The position numbers were made by a program, and so were the translations under genes. From Eledone cirrhosa (Eukaryota): a stretch of DNA of 64,000 nt. The notes beneath the pieces are model-generated. The model was not told the origin of the DNA and did not search any database. It saw only the letters and a program-made list of their open reading frames with translations. Location: NCBI GenBank assembly GCA_964016885.1, contig OZ024744.1, forward strand, positions 118,978,001 to 119,042,000, written 5' to 3'. Shown here piece by piece: positions 46,801 through 62,030 of the stretch (position 1 is the stretch's first letter; each line of letters opens with the position of its first letter).

Positions 46801-49800
46801 TAACATTATTACTGTAACAACTGACCCGGTGTTACTAACATTATTACTGTAACAACTGACTTGGTGTTACTAACATTATTACTGTAACAACTGACTTGGT
46901 GTTACTAACATTATTACTGTAACAACTGACTTGCTGTTACTAACATTATTACTGTAACAATTGACTTGGTGTTACTAACATTATTACTGTAACAACTGAC
47001 TAATGTTACTAACATTATTACTGTAACAACTGACTAATGTTACTAACATTATTACTGTAACAACTGACTAATGTTACTAACATTATTACTGTAACAACTG
47101 ACCCGGTGTTACTAACATTATTACTGTAACAACTGACTTGGTGTTACTAACATTATTACTGTAACAACTGACTTGGTGTTACTAACATTATTACTGTAAC
47201 AACTGACTAATGTTACTAACATTATTACTGTAACAACTGACTTGGTGTTACTAACATTATTACTGTAACAACTGACTTGGTGTTACTAACATTATTACTG
47301 TAACTACTAACTGATGTTACTAACATTATTACTGAAACAACTGACTTGGTGTTACTAACATTATTATTGTAACAACTGACTAATGTTACTAACATTATTA
47401 CTGTAACACCTGACTTGGTGTTACTAACAGTATTACTGTAACAACTGACTTGCTGTTACTAACATTATTACTGTAACAACTGACTTGGTGTTACTAACAT
47501 TATTACTGTAACAACTGACTAACGTTACTAACATTATTACTGTAACAACTGACTAATGTTACTAACATTATTACTGTAACAACTGACTTGCTGTTACTAA
47601 CATTATTACTGTAACAACTGACTTGGTGTTACTAACATTATTACTGTAACAACTGACCTGGTGTTACTAACATTATTACTGTAACAACTGACTTGGTGTT
47701 ACTAACATTATTACTGTAACAACTGACTAATGTTACTAACATTATTACTGTAACAACTGACTAATGTTACTAACATTATTACTGTAACACCTGACTTGGT
47801 GTTACTAACATTATTACTGTAACAACTGACTTGCTGTTACTAACATTATTACTGTAACAACTGACTTGGTGTTACTAACATTATTACTGTAACAACTGAC
47901 TAATGTTACTAACATTATTACTGTAACAACTGACTTGGTGTTACTAACATTATTACTGTAACAACTGACTTGGTGTTACTAACATTATTACTGTAACAAC
48001 TGACTTGGTGTTACTAACATTATTACTGTAACAACTGACTAATGTTACTAACATTATTACTGTAACAACTGACTAATGTTACTAACATTATTACTGTAAC
48101 ACCTGACTTGGTGTTACTAACATTATTACTGTAACAACTGACTTGCTGTTACTAACATTATTACTGTAACAACTGACTTGGTGTTACTAACATTATTACT
48201 GTAACAACTGACTAATGTTACTAACATTATTACTGTAACAACTGACTTGCTGTTACTAACATTATTACTGTAACAACTGACTTGCTGTTACTAACATTAT
48301 TACTGTAACAACTGACTAATGTTACCTACATTATTACTGTAACAATTAACTTGGTATTACTAACATTATTACTGTAACAACTGACTTGGAGTTACTAACA
48401 TTATTACTGTAACAACTGACTAATGTTATTAACATTATTACTGTAACAACTGACTAATGTTACTAACATTATTACTGTAACAACTGACTAATGTTACTAA
48501 CATTATTACTGTAACAACTGACTAATGTTACTAACATTATTACTGTAACAACTGACTAATGTTACTAACATTATTACTGTAACAACTGACTTGGTGTTAC
48601 TAACATTATTACTGTAACAACTGACTTGGTGTTACTAACATTATTACTGTAACAACTGACTTGGTGTTACTAACATTATTACTGTAACAACTGACTTGGT
48701 GTTACTAACATTATTACTGTAACAACTGACTTGGTGTTACTAACATTATTACTGTAACAACTGACCCGGTGTTACTAACATTATTACTGTAACAACTGAC
48801 TTGGTGTTACTAACATTATTACTGTAACAACTGACTTGGTGTTACCAACATTATTACTGTAACAACTGACTTGGTGTTACTAACATTATTACTGTAACAA
48901 CTGACTAATGTTACTAACATTATTACTGTAACAACTGACTTGGTGTTACTAACATTATTACTGTAACAACTGACTAATGTTACTAACATTATTACTGTAA
49001 CAACTGACTAATGTTACTAACATTATTACTGTAACAACTGACTTGGTGTTACTAACATTATTACTGTAACAACTGACTAATGTTACTAACATTTTTACTG
49101 TAATAACTGACTTGGTGTTACTAACATTATTACTGTAACAACTGACTTGGTGTTACTAACATTATTACTGTAACAACTGGCTTGGTGTTACTAACATTAT
49201 TACTGTAACAACTGACTTGGTGTTACTAACATTATTACTGTAACAACTGACTTGGTGTTACTAACATTATTACTGTAACAACTGACTAATGTTACAAACA
49301 TTATTACTGTAACAACTGACTAATGTTACTAACATTATTACTGTAACAAATGACTAATGTTACTAACATTATTACTCTAACAACTGACTAATGTTACTAA
49401 CATTATTACTGTAACAACTGACTAATGTTACTAACATTATTACTGTAACAACTGACTTGGTGTTACTAACATTATTACTGTAACTACTAACTAATGTTAC
49501 TAACATTATTACTGTAACAACTGACTTGGTGTTACTAACATTACTACTGTAACAACTGACTTGGTGTTACTAACATTATTACTGTAACAACTGACTAATG
49601 TTACTAACATTATTACTGTTACGACTGACTTGGTGTTACTAACATTATTACTGTAACAACTGACTAATGCTACTAACATTATTACTGTAACAATTGACTT
49701 GGTGTTACTAACATTATTACTGTAACAACTGACATGGTGTTACTAACATTATTACTGTAAAAACTGACTAATGTTACTAACATTATTACTGTAACAACTG

Positions 49801-52800
49801 ACTAATGTTACTAACATTATTACTGTAACAAATGACTAATGTTACTAACATTATTACTGTAACAACTGACTAATGTTACTAACATTATTACTGTAACAAC
49901 TGACTAATGTTACTAACATTATTACTGTAACAACTGACTTGGTGTTACTAACATTATTATTGTAACTACTAACTAATGTTATTAACATTATTACTGTAAC
50001 AACTGACTTGGTGTTACTAACATTATTACTGTAAAAACTGACTTGGTGTTACTAACATTATTACTGTAACAACTGACTAAAGTTACTAACATTATTACTG
50101 TAACAACTGACTTGGTGTTACTAACATTATTACTGTAACAACTGACTTGGTGTTACTAACATTATTACTGTAACAACTGACTAATGTTACTAACATTATT
50201 ACTGTAACAACTGACTTGGTGTTACTAACTTTATTACTGTAACAACTGACTTGGTGTTACTTACATTATTACTGTAACAACTGACTTGGTGTTACTAACA
50301 TTATTACTGTAACAACTGACTAATGTTTCCTACATTATTACTGTAACAATTGACTTGGTGTTACTAACATTATTACTGTAACAACTGACTAATGTTACTA
50401 ACATTATTACTGTAACAACTGACTAATGTTACTAACATTATTACTGTAACAACTGACTTGGTGTTACTAACATTATTACTGTAACAACTGACTTGGTGTT
50501 ACTAACATTATTACTGTAACAACTGATTGGTGTTACTAACATTATTACTGTAACAACTGACTAATGTTACTAACATTATTACTGTAACAACTGACTAATG
50601 TTACTAACATTATTACTGTAACACCTGACTTGGTGTTACTAACATTATTACTGTAACAACTGACTTGGTGTTACTAACATTATTACTGTAACAACTGACT
50701 TGCTGTTACTAACATTATTACTGTAACAATTGACTTGGTGTTACTAACATTATTACTGTAACAACTGACTAATGTTACTAACATTATTACTGTAACAACT
50801 GACTAATGGTACTAACATTATTACTGTAACAACTGACTTGGTGTTACTAACGTTATTACTGTAACAACTGACTTGGTGTTACTAACATTATTACTGTAAC
50901 AACTGACTTGGTGTTACTAACGTTATTACTGTAACAACTGACTTGGTGTTACTAACATTATTACTGTAACAACTGACCTGGTGTTACTAACATTATTACT
51001 GTAACAACTGACTTGGTGTTACTAACATTATTACTGTAACAACTGACTTGGTGTTACAAACATTATTACTGTAACAACTGACTAATGTTACTAACATTAT
51101 TACTGTAACAACTGACTTGGTGTTACTAAATTTATTACTGTAACAACTGACTTGGTGTTACTAACATTATTACTGTAACAACTGACTTGGTGTTACTAAC
51201 ATTATTACTGTAACAACTTACTAATGTTACTAACATTATTACTGTAACAACTGACTTCGTGTTACTAACATTATTACTGTAACAACTGACTAATGTTACT
51301 AACATTATTACTGTAACAACTGACTAATGTTACTAACATTATTACTGTAACAACTGACTAATGGTACTAACATTTTTACTGTAATAACTGACTTGGTGTT
51401 ACTAACATTATTACTGTAACAACTGACTTGGTGTTACTTACATTATTACTGTAACAACTGACTTGGTGTTACTAACATTATTACTGTAACAACTGACTTG
51501 GTATTACTTACATTATTACTATAACAACTGACTTGGTGTTACTAACATTATTACTGTAACAACTGACTAATGTTACCTACATTATTACTGTAACAATTAA
51601 CTTGGTGTTACTAACATTATTACTGTAACAACTGACTAATGTTACTAACATTATTACTGTAACAACTGACTTGGTGTTACTAACATTATTACTGTAACAA
51701 CTGACTAATGTTACTAACATTATTACTGTAACAACTGACTAATGTTACTAACATTATTACTCTAACAACTGACTAATGTTACTAACATTATTACTGTAAC
51801 AACTGACTAATGTTACTAACATTATTACTGTAACAACTGACTAATGTTACTAACATTATTACTGTAACAACTGACTTGGTGTTACTAACATTATTACTGT
51901 AACAACTGACTTGGTGTTACTAACATTATTACTGTAACAACTGACTTGGTGTTACTAACATTATTACTGTAACAACTGACTAATGTTACTAACATTATTA
52001 CTGTAACACCTGACTTGGTGTTACTAACATTATTACTGTAACAACTGACTTGCTGTTACTAACATTATTACTGTAAAAACTGACTTGGTGTTACTAACAT
52101 TATTACTGTAACAACTGGCTAATGTTACTAACATTATTACTGTAACAACTGACTAATGTTACTAACATTATTACTGTAACAACTGACTTGCTGTTACTAA
52201 CATTATTACTGTAACAACTGACTTGCTGTTACTAACATTATTACTGTAACAACTGACTTGGTGTTACTAACATTATTACTGTAACAACTGACTTGCTGTT
52301 ACTAACATTATTACTGTAACAATTGACTTGGTGTTACTAACATTATTACTGTAACAACTGACTAATGTTACCAATATTATTACTGTAACAATTGACTTGG
52401 TGTTACTAACATTATTACTGTAACAACTGACTAATGTTACTAACATTATTACTGTAACAACTGACTAAAGTTACTAACATTATTACTGTAACAATTGACT
52501 TGGTGTTACTAACATTATTACTGTAACAACTGACTAATGTTACTAACATTATTACTGTAACAACTGACTAATGGTACTAACATTATTACTGTAACAATTG
52601 ACTTGGTGTTACTAACATTATTACTGTAACAACTGACTAATGTTACTAATATTATTACTGTAACAATTGACTTGGTGTTACTAACATTATTACTGTAACA
52701 ACTGACTAATGTTACTAACATTATTACTGTAACAACTGACTACTGTTACGAACATTATTACTGTAACAACTGACTTGCTGTTACTAACATTATTACTGTA

Positions 52801-53050
52801 ACAACTGACTTGCTGTTACTAACATTATTACTGTAACAACTGACTTGGTGTTACTAACATTATTACTGTAACAACTGACTTGCTGTTACTAACATTATTA
52901 CTGTAACAATTGACTTGGTGTTACTAACATTATTACTGTAACAACTGACTAATGTTACTAATATTATTACTGTAACAATTGACTTGGTGTTACTAACATT
53001 ATTACTGTAACAACTGACTAATGTTACTAACATTATTACTGTAACAACTG
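40846..53050. repeat. Near-tandem duplication of ~6 kb: ~40846-46824 repeated at ~47073-53051 (offset 6227 bp, ~180 monomers)
   Basis: Variants offset by 6227: CCCGG 40875/47102 and 42538/48765, GTTACGAC 43391/49618, deletion monomer GATTGG 44298/50525, ORF pair 46291/52518. Confidence 0.92.
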
Positions 53051-54939
53051 ACTAATGTTACTAACATTATTACTGTAACAATTGACTTGGTGTTACTAAC
53101 ATTATTACTGTAACAACTGACTAATGTTACTAATATTATTACTGTAACAATTGACTTGGTGTTACTAACATTATTACTGTAACAACTGACTAATGTTACT
53201 AACATTATTACTGTAACAACTGACTAATGTTACTAACATTATTACTATAACAACTGACTAATGGTACTAACATTATTACTGTAACAATTGACTTGGTGTT
53301 ACTAACATTATTACTGTAACAACTGACTAATGTTACTAATATTATTACTGTAACAATTGACTTGGTGTTACTAACATTATTACTGTAACAACTGACTAAT
53401 GTTACTAACATTATTACTGTAACAACTGACTAATGTTACTAACATTATTACTGTAATAATTGACTTGGTGTTACTAACATTATTACTGTAACAACTGACT
53501 AATGTTACTAACATTATTACTGTAACAACTGACTAATGGTACTAACATTATTACTGTAACAACTGACTTGGTGTTACTAACGTTATTACTGTAACAACTG
53601 ACTTGGTGTTACTAACATTATTACTGTAACAACTGACTTGGTGTTACTAACATTATTAGCGTAACAACTGACTTGGTTTTACTAACATTATTACTGTAAC
53701 AACTGACCTGGTGTTACTAACATTATTACTGTAACAACTGACTTGGTGTTACTAACATTATTACTGTAACAACTGACTTGGTGTTACTAACATTATTACT
53801 GTAACAACAGACTAATGTTACTAACATTATTACTGTAACAACTGACTTGGTGTTACTAACATTATTACTGTAACAACTGACTTGGTGTTACTAACATTAT
53901 TACTGTAACAACTGACTTGGTGTTACTAACATTATTACTGTAACAACTGACTAATGTTACTAACATTATTACTGTAACAACTGACTTGGTGTTACTAACA
54001 TTATTACTGTAACAACTGACTTGGTGTTACCAACATTATTACTGTAACAACTGACTTGGTGTTACTAACATTATTACTGTAACAACTGACTAATGTTACT
54101 AACATTATTACTGTAACAACTGACTTGGTGTTACTAACATTATTACTGTAACAACTGACTAATGTTACTAACATTATTACTGTAACAACTGACTAATGTT
54201 ACTAACATTATTACTGTAACAACTGACTTGGTGTTACTAACATTATTACTGTAACAACTGACTAATGTTACTAACATTTTTACTGTAATAACTGACTTGG
54301 TGTTACTAACATTATTACTGTAACAACTGACTTGGTGTTACTAACATTATTACTGTAACAACTGACTTGGTGTTACTAACATTATTACTGTAACAACTGA
54401 CTTGGTGTTACTAACATTATTACTGTAACAACTGACTTGGTGTTACTAACATTATTACTGTAACAACTGACTAATGTTACAAACATTATTACTGTAACAA
54501 CTGACTAATGTTACTAACATTATTACTGTAACAAATGACTAATGTTACTAACATTATTACTCTAACAACTGACTAATGTTACTAACATTATTACTGTAAC
54601 AACTGACTAATGTTACTAACATTATTACTGTAACAACTGACTTGCTGTTACTAACATTATTACTGTAACAACTGACTTGGTGTTACTAACATTATTACTG
54701 TAACAACTGACTTGCTGTTACTAACATTATTACTGTAACAATTGACTTGGTGTTACTAACATTATTACTGTAACAACTGACTAATGTTACCAATATTATT
54801 ACTGTAACAATTGACTTGGTGTTACTAACATTATTACTGTAACAACTGACTAATGTTACTAACATTATTACTGTAACAACTGACTAAAGTTACTAACATT
54901 ATTACTGTAACAATTGACTTGGTGTTACTAACATTATTA

Positions 54940-57900
54940 CTGTAACAACTGACTAATGTTACTAACATTATTACTGTAACAACTGACTAATGGTACTAAC
55001 ATTATTACTGTAACAATTGACTTGGTGTTACTAACATTATTACTGTAACAACTGACTAATTTTACTAATATTATTACTGTAACAATTGACTTGGTGTTAC
55101 TAACATTATTACTGTAACAACTGACTAATGTTACTAACATTATTACTGTAACAACTGACTACTGTTACGAACATTATTACTGTAACAACTGACTTGCTGT
55201 TACTAACATTATTACTGTAACAACTGACTTGCTGTTACTAACATTATTACTGTAACAACTGACTTGGTGTTACTAACATTATTACTGTAACAACTGACTT
55301 GCTGTTACTAACATTATTACTGTAACAATTGACTTGGTGTTACTAACATTATTACTGTAACAACTGACTAATGTTACTAATATTATTACTGTAACAATTG
55401 ACTTGGTGTTACTAACATTATTACTGTAACAACTGACTAATGTTACTAACATTATTACTGTAACAACTGACTAATGTTACTAACATTATTACTGTAACAA
55501 TTGACTTGGTGTTACTAACATTATTACTGTAACAACTGACTAATGTTACTAATATTATTACTGTAACAATTGACTTGGTGTTACTAACATTATTACTGTA
55601 ACAACTGACTAATGTTACTAACATTATTACTGTAACAACTGACTAATGTTACTAACATTATTACTGTAACAATTGACTTGGTGTTACTAACATTATTACT
55701 GTAACAACTGACTAATGTTACTAACATTATTACTGTAACAACTGACTAATGGTACTAACATTATTACTGTAACAACTGACTTGGTGTTACTAACGTTATT
55801 ACTGTAACAACTGACTTGGTGTTACTAACATTATTACTGTAACAACTGACTTGGTGTTACTAACATTATTAGCGTAACAACTGACTTGGTTTTACTAACA
55901 TTATTACTGTAACAACTGACCTGGTGTTACTAACATTATTACTGTAACAACTGACTTGGTGTTACTAACATTATTACTGTAACAACTGACTTGGTGTTAC
56001 TAACATTATTACTGTAACAACTGACTAATGTTACTAACATTATTACTGTAACAACTGACTTGGTGTTACTAACATTATTACTGTAACAACTGACTTGGTG
56101 TTACTAACATTATTACTGTAACAACTGACTTGGTGTTACTAACATTATTACTGTAACAACTGACTAATGTTACTAACATTATTACTGTAACAACTGACTT
56201 GGTGTTACTAACATTATTACTGTAACAACTGACTTGGTGTTACCAACATTATTACTGTAACAACTGACTTGGTGTTACTAACATTATTACTGTAACAACT
56301 GACTAATGTTACTAACATTATTACTGTAACAACTGACTTGGTGTTACTAACATTATTACTGTAACAACTGACTAATGTTACTAACATTATTACTGTAACA
56401 ACTGACTAATGTTACTAACATTATTACTGTAACAACTGACTTGGTGTTACTAACATTATTACTGTAACAACTGACTAATGTTACTAACATTTTTACTGTA
56501 ATAACTTACTTGGTGTTACTAACATTATTACTGTAACAACTGACTTGGTGTTACTAACATTATTACTGTAACAACTGACTTGGTGTTACTAACATTATTA
56601 CTGTAACAACTGACTTGGTGTTACTAACATTATTACTGTAACAACTGACTAATGTTACTAACATTATTACTGTAACAACTGACTAAAGTTACTAACATTA
56701 TTACTGTAACAACTGACTAATGGTACTAACATTATTACTGTAACAATTGACTTGGTGTTACTAACATTATTACTGTAACAACTGACTAATTTTACTAATA
56801 TTATTACTGTAACAATTGACTTGGTGTTACTAACATTATTACTGTAACAACTGACTAATGTTACTAACATTATTACTGTAACAACTGACTACTGTTACGA
56901 ACATTATTACTGTAACAACTGACTTGCTGTTACTAACATTATTACTGTAACAACTGACTTGCTGTTACTAACATTATTACTGTAACAACTGACTTGGTGT
57001 TACTAACATTATTACTGTAACAACTGACTTGCTGTTACTAACATTATTACTGTAACAATTGACTTGGTGTTACTAACATTATTACTGTAACAACTGACTA
57101 ATGTTACTAATATTATTACTGTAACAATTGACTTGGTGTTACTAACATTATTACTGTAACAACTGACTAATGTTACTAACATTATTACTGTAACAACTGA
57201 CTAATGTTACTAACATTATTACTGTAACAATTGACTTGGTGTTACTAACATTATTACTGTAACAACTGACTAATGTTACTAATATTATTACTGTAACAAT
57301 TGACTTGGTGTTACTAACATTATTACTGTAACAACTGACTAATGTTACTAACATTATTACTGTAACAACTGACTAATGTTACTAACATTATTACTGTAAC
57401 AATTGACTTGGTGTTACTAACATTATTACTGTAACAACTGACTAATGTTACTAACATTATTACTGTAACAACTGACTAATGGTACTAACATTATTACTGT
57501 AACAACTGACTTGGTGTTACTAACGTTATTACTGTAACAACTGACTTGGTGTTACTAACATTATTACTGTAACAACTGACTTGGTGTTACTAACATTATT
57601 AGCGTAACAACTGACTTGGTTTTACTAACATTATTACTGTAACAACTGACCTGGTGTTACTAACATTATTACTGTAACAACTGACTTGGTGTTACTAACA
57701 TTATTACTGTAACAACTGACTTGGTGTTACTAACATTATTACTGTAACAACTGACTAATGTTACTAACATTATTACTGTAACAACTGACTTGGTGTTACT
57801 AACATTATTACTGTAACAACTGACTTGGTGTTACTAACATTATTACTGTAACAACTGACTTGGTGTTACTAACATTATTACTGTAACAACTGACTAATGT

Positions 57901-58350
57901 TACTAACATTATTACTGTAACAACTGACTTGGTGTTACTAACATTATTACTGTAACAACTGACTTGGTGTTACCAACATTATTACTGTAACAACTGACTT
58001 GGTGTTACTAACATTATTACTGTAACAACTGACTAATGTTACTAACATTATTACTGTAACAACTGACTTGGTGTTACTAACATTATTACTGTAACAACTG
58101 ACTAATGTTACTAACATTATTACTGTAACAACTGACTAATGTTACTAACATTATTACTGTAACAACTGACTTGGTGTTACTAACATTATTACTGTAACAA
58201 CTGACTAATGTTACTAACATTTTTACTGTAATAACTTACTTGGTGTTACTAACATTATTACTGTAACAACTGACTTGGTGTTACTAACATTATTACTGTA
58301 ACAACTGACTTGGTGTTACTAACATTATTACTGTAACAACTGACTTGGTG
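54940..58350. repeat. Tandem duplication with a 1730-bp unit (50 monomers)
   Basis: Variants offset by 1730: AGCGT 55871/57601, ATAACTTACT 56501/58231, GACTACTGTTACGA 55157/56887. ORF pairs 54937/56667 and 55421/57151 agree. Confidence 0.9.
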
Positions 58351-61300
58351 TTACTAACATTATTACTGTAACAACTGACTTGGTGTTACTAACATTATTA
58401 CTGTAACAACTGACTAATGTTCCAAACATTATTACTGTAACAACTGACTAATGTTACTAACATTATTACTGTAACAAATGACTAATGTTACTAACATTAT
58501 TACTCTAACAACTGACTAATGTTACTAACATTATTACTGTAACAACTGACTAATGTTACTAACATTATTACTGTAACAACTGACTTGGTGTTACTAACAT
58601 TATTACTGTAACTACTAACTAATGTTACTAACATTATTACTGTAACAACTGACTTGGTGCTACTAACATTACTACTGTAACAACTGACTTGGTGTTACTA
58701 ACATTATTACTGTAACAACTGACTAATGTTACTAACATTATTACTGTTACGACTGACTTGGTGTTACTAACATTATTACTGTAACAACTGACTAATGCTA
58801 CTAACATTATTACTGTAACAATTGACTTGGTGTTACTAACATTATTACTGTAACAACTGACATGGTGTTACTAACATTATTACTGTAAAAACTGACTAAT
58901 GTTACTAACATTATTACTGTAACAACTGACTAATGTTACTAACATTATTACTGTAACAAATGACTAATGTTACTAACATTATTACTGTAACAACTGACTA
59001 ATGTTACTAACATTATTACTGTAACAACTGACTAATGTTACTAACATTATTACTGTAACAACTGACTTGGTGTTACTAACATTATTATTGTAACTACTAA
59101 CTAATGTTATTAACATTATTACTGTAACAACTGATTTGGTGTTACTAACATTATTACTGTAAAAACTGACTTGGTGTTACTAACATTATTACTGTAACAA
59201 CTGACTAAAGTTACTAACATTATTACTGTAACAACTGACTTGGTGTTACTAACATTATTACTGTAACAACTGACTTGGTGTTACTAACATTATTACTGTA
59301 ACAACTGACTAATGTTACTAACATTATTACTGTAACAACTGACTTGGTGTTACTAACTTTATTACTGTAACAACTGACTTGGTGTTACTTACATTATTAC
59401 TGTAACAACTGACTTGGTGTTACTAACATTATTACTGTAACAACTGACTAATGTTTCCTACATTATTACTGTAACAATTGACTTGGTGTTACTAACATTA
59501 TTACTGTAACAACTGACTTGGTGTTACTAACATTATTACTGTAACAACTGACTAATGTTACTAACATTATTACTGTAACAACTGACTTGGTGTTACTAAC
59601 ATTATTACTGTAACAACTGACTTGGTGTTACTAACATTATTACTGTAACAACTGATTGGTGTTACTAACATTATTACTGTAACAACTGACTAATGTTACT
59701 AACATTATTACTGTAACACCTGACTTGGTGTTACTAACATTATTACTGTAACAACTGACTTGGTGTTACTAACATTATTACTGTAACAACTGACTTGCTG
59801 TTACTAACATTATTACTGTAACAATTGACTTGGTGTTACTAACATTATTACTGTAACAACTGACTAATGTTACTAACATTATTACTGTAACAACTGACTA
59901 ATGGTACTAACATTATTACTGTAACAACTGACTTGGTGTTACTAACGTTATTACTGTAACAACTGACTTGGTGTTACTAACATTATTACTGTAACAACTG
60001 ACTTGGTGTTACTAACATTATTACTGTAACAACTGACTTGGTGTTACTAACATTATTACTGTAACAACTGACCTGGTGTTACTAACATTATTACTGTAAC
60101 AACTGACTTGGTGTTACTAACATTATTACTGTAACAACTGACTTGGTGTTACAAACATTATTACTGTAACAACTGACTAATGTTACTAACATTATTACTG
60201 TAACAACTGACTTGGTGTTACTAACATTATTACTGTAACAACTGACTTGGTGTTACTAACATTATTACTGTAACAACTGACTTGGTGTTACTAACATTAT
60301 TACTGTAACAACTTACTAATGTTACTAACATTATTACTGTAACAACTGACTTCGTGTTACTAACATTATTACTGTAACAACTGACTAATGTTACTAACAT
60401 TATTACTGTAACAACTGACTAATGTTACTAACATTATTACTGTAACAACTGATTAATGTTACTAACATTTTTACTGTAATAACTGACTTGGTGTTACTAA
60501 CATTATTACTGTAACAACTGACTTGGTGTTACTAACATTATTACTGTAACAACTGACTTGGTGTTACTAACATTATTACTGTAACAACTGACTTGGTATT
60601 ACTTACATTATTACTATAACAACTGACTTGGTGTTACTAACATTATTACTGTAACAACTGACTAATGTTACCTACATTATTACTGTAACAATTAACTTGG
60701 TGTTACTAACATTATTACTGTAACAACTGACTAATGTTACTAACATTATTACTGTAACAACTGACTTGGTGTTACTAACATTATTACTGTAACAACTGAC
60801 TAATGTTACTAACATTATTACTGTAACAACTGACTAATGTTACTAACATTATTACTCTAACAACTGACTAATGTTACTAACATTATTACTGTAACAACTG
60901 ACTAATGTTACTAACATTATTACTGTAACAACTGACTAATGTTACTAACATTATTACTGTAACAACTGACTTGGTGTTACTAACATTATTACTGTAACAA
61001 CTGACTTGGTGTTACTAACATTATTACTGTAACAACTGACTTGGTGTTACTAACATTATTACTGTAACAACTGACTAATGTTACTAACATTATTACTGTA
61101 ACACCTGACTTGGTGTTACTAACATTATTACTGTAACAACTGACTTGGTGTTACTAACATTATTACTGTAAAAACTGACTTGGTGTTACTAACATTATTA
61201 CTGTAACAACTGGCTAATGTTACTAACATTATTACTGTAACAACTGACTAATGTTACTAACATTATTACTGTAACAACTGACTTGCTGTTACTAACATTA

Positions 61301-61852
61301 TTACTGTAACAACTGACTTGCTGTTACTAACATTATTACTGTAACAACTGACTTGGTGTTACTAACATTATTACTGTAACAACTGACTTGCTGTTACTAA
61401 CATTATTACTGTAACAATTGACTTGGTGTTACTAACATTATTACTGTAACAACTGACTAATGTTACTAATATTATTACTGTAACAATTGACTTGGTGTTA
61501 CTAACATTATTACTGTAACAACTGACTAATGTTACTAACATTATTACTGTAACAACTGACTAAAGTTACTAACATTATTACTGTAACAATTGACTTGGTG
61601 TTACTAACATTATTACTGTAACAACTGACTAATGTTACTAATATTATTACTGTAACAATTGACTTGGTGTTATTAACATTATTACTGTAACAACTGACTA
61701 ATGTTACTAACATTATTACTGTAACAACTGACTTGGTGTTACTAACATTATTACCGTAACAACTGACTTGGTGTTACTAACATTATTACTGTAACAACTG
61801 ACTTGGTGTTACTAACATTATTACTGTAACAACTGACCTGGTGGCGGTGGAT

Positions 61853-61864
61853 TGGCAGTATCGG
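61853..61864 (+). promoter_or_regulatory. RNA polymerase III internal promoter A box of the SINE
   Basis: TGGCAGTATCGG resembles the TRGCNNARYNGG consensus and lies 10 nt from the element's 5' end. Confidence 0.7.
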
Positions 61865-61919
61865 TAGAGGGTCGGACGCCATGCTTTGATGCATAGAGTT
61901 ACGGCCCTTGCTATTCTGA

Positions 61920-61929
61920 GTTCAAATCC
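61920..61929 (+). promoter_or_regulatory. RNA polymerase III internal promoter B box of the SINE
   Basis: GTTCAAATCC matches the GTTCRANNCC consensus, about 55 nt downstream of the A box. Confidence 0.8.
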
Positions 61930-62030
61930 CGCCGAGGTTAACTTTGCCTTTCATCCTTACGGGGTCGATAAAATAAAGTACCAGTAATGTACTGGGTAAT
62001 TTCTGGCCTTGTGCCAATAGTAGAAACAAT

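Larger units (their letters stand above)
1..61842. repeat. Satellite DNA array of 34/35-bp monomers (A: core+TTGGT; B: core+TAAT; C: core+TTGCT), main segment, open at the window start
   Basis: Uninterrupted head-to-tail copies of GTTACTAACATTATTACTGTAACAACTGAC plus a 4-5 bp variable tail. All copies have one orientation and most match one of the three consensus types exactly. The consensus has no CpG. Confidence 0.99.

Noticed and set aside
333-61713. About 70 minus-strand ORFs encoding MLVTLVSCYSNNVSNTKSVVTVI repeats
   Set aside because: They appear wherever A and B alternate (35+34 = 69 bp = 23 codons) and stop when the alternation breaks. They have no unique sequence, splice structure or domain similarity, so they are translation artefacts of the satellite.
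61843-61935. Functional tRNA gene
   Set aside because: A and B boxes are present, but the T-stem (CTGAG/CCCGC) does not pair and no clean anticodon arm is evident. The sequence continues into a SINE-type body and tail with no oligo-T terminator.
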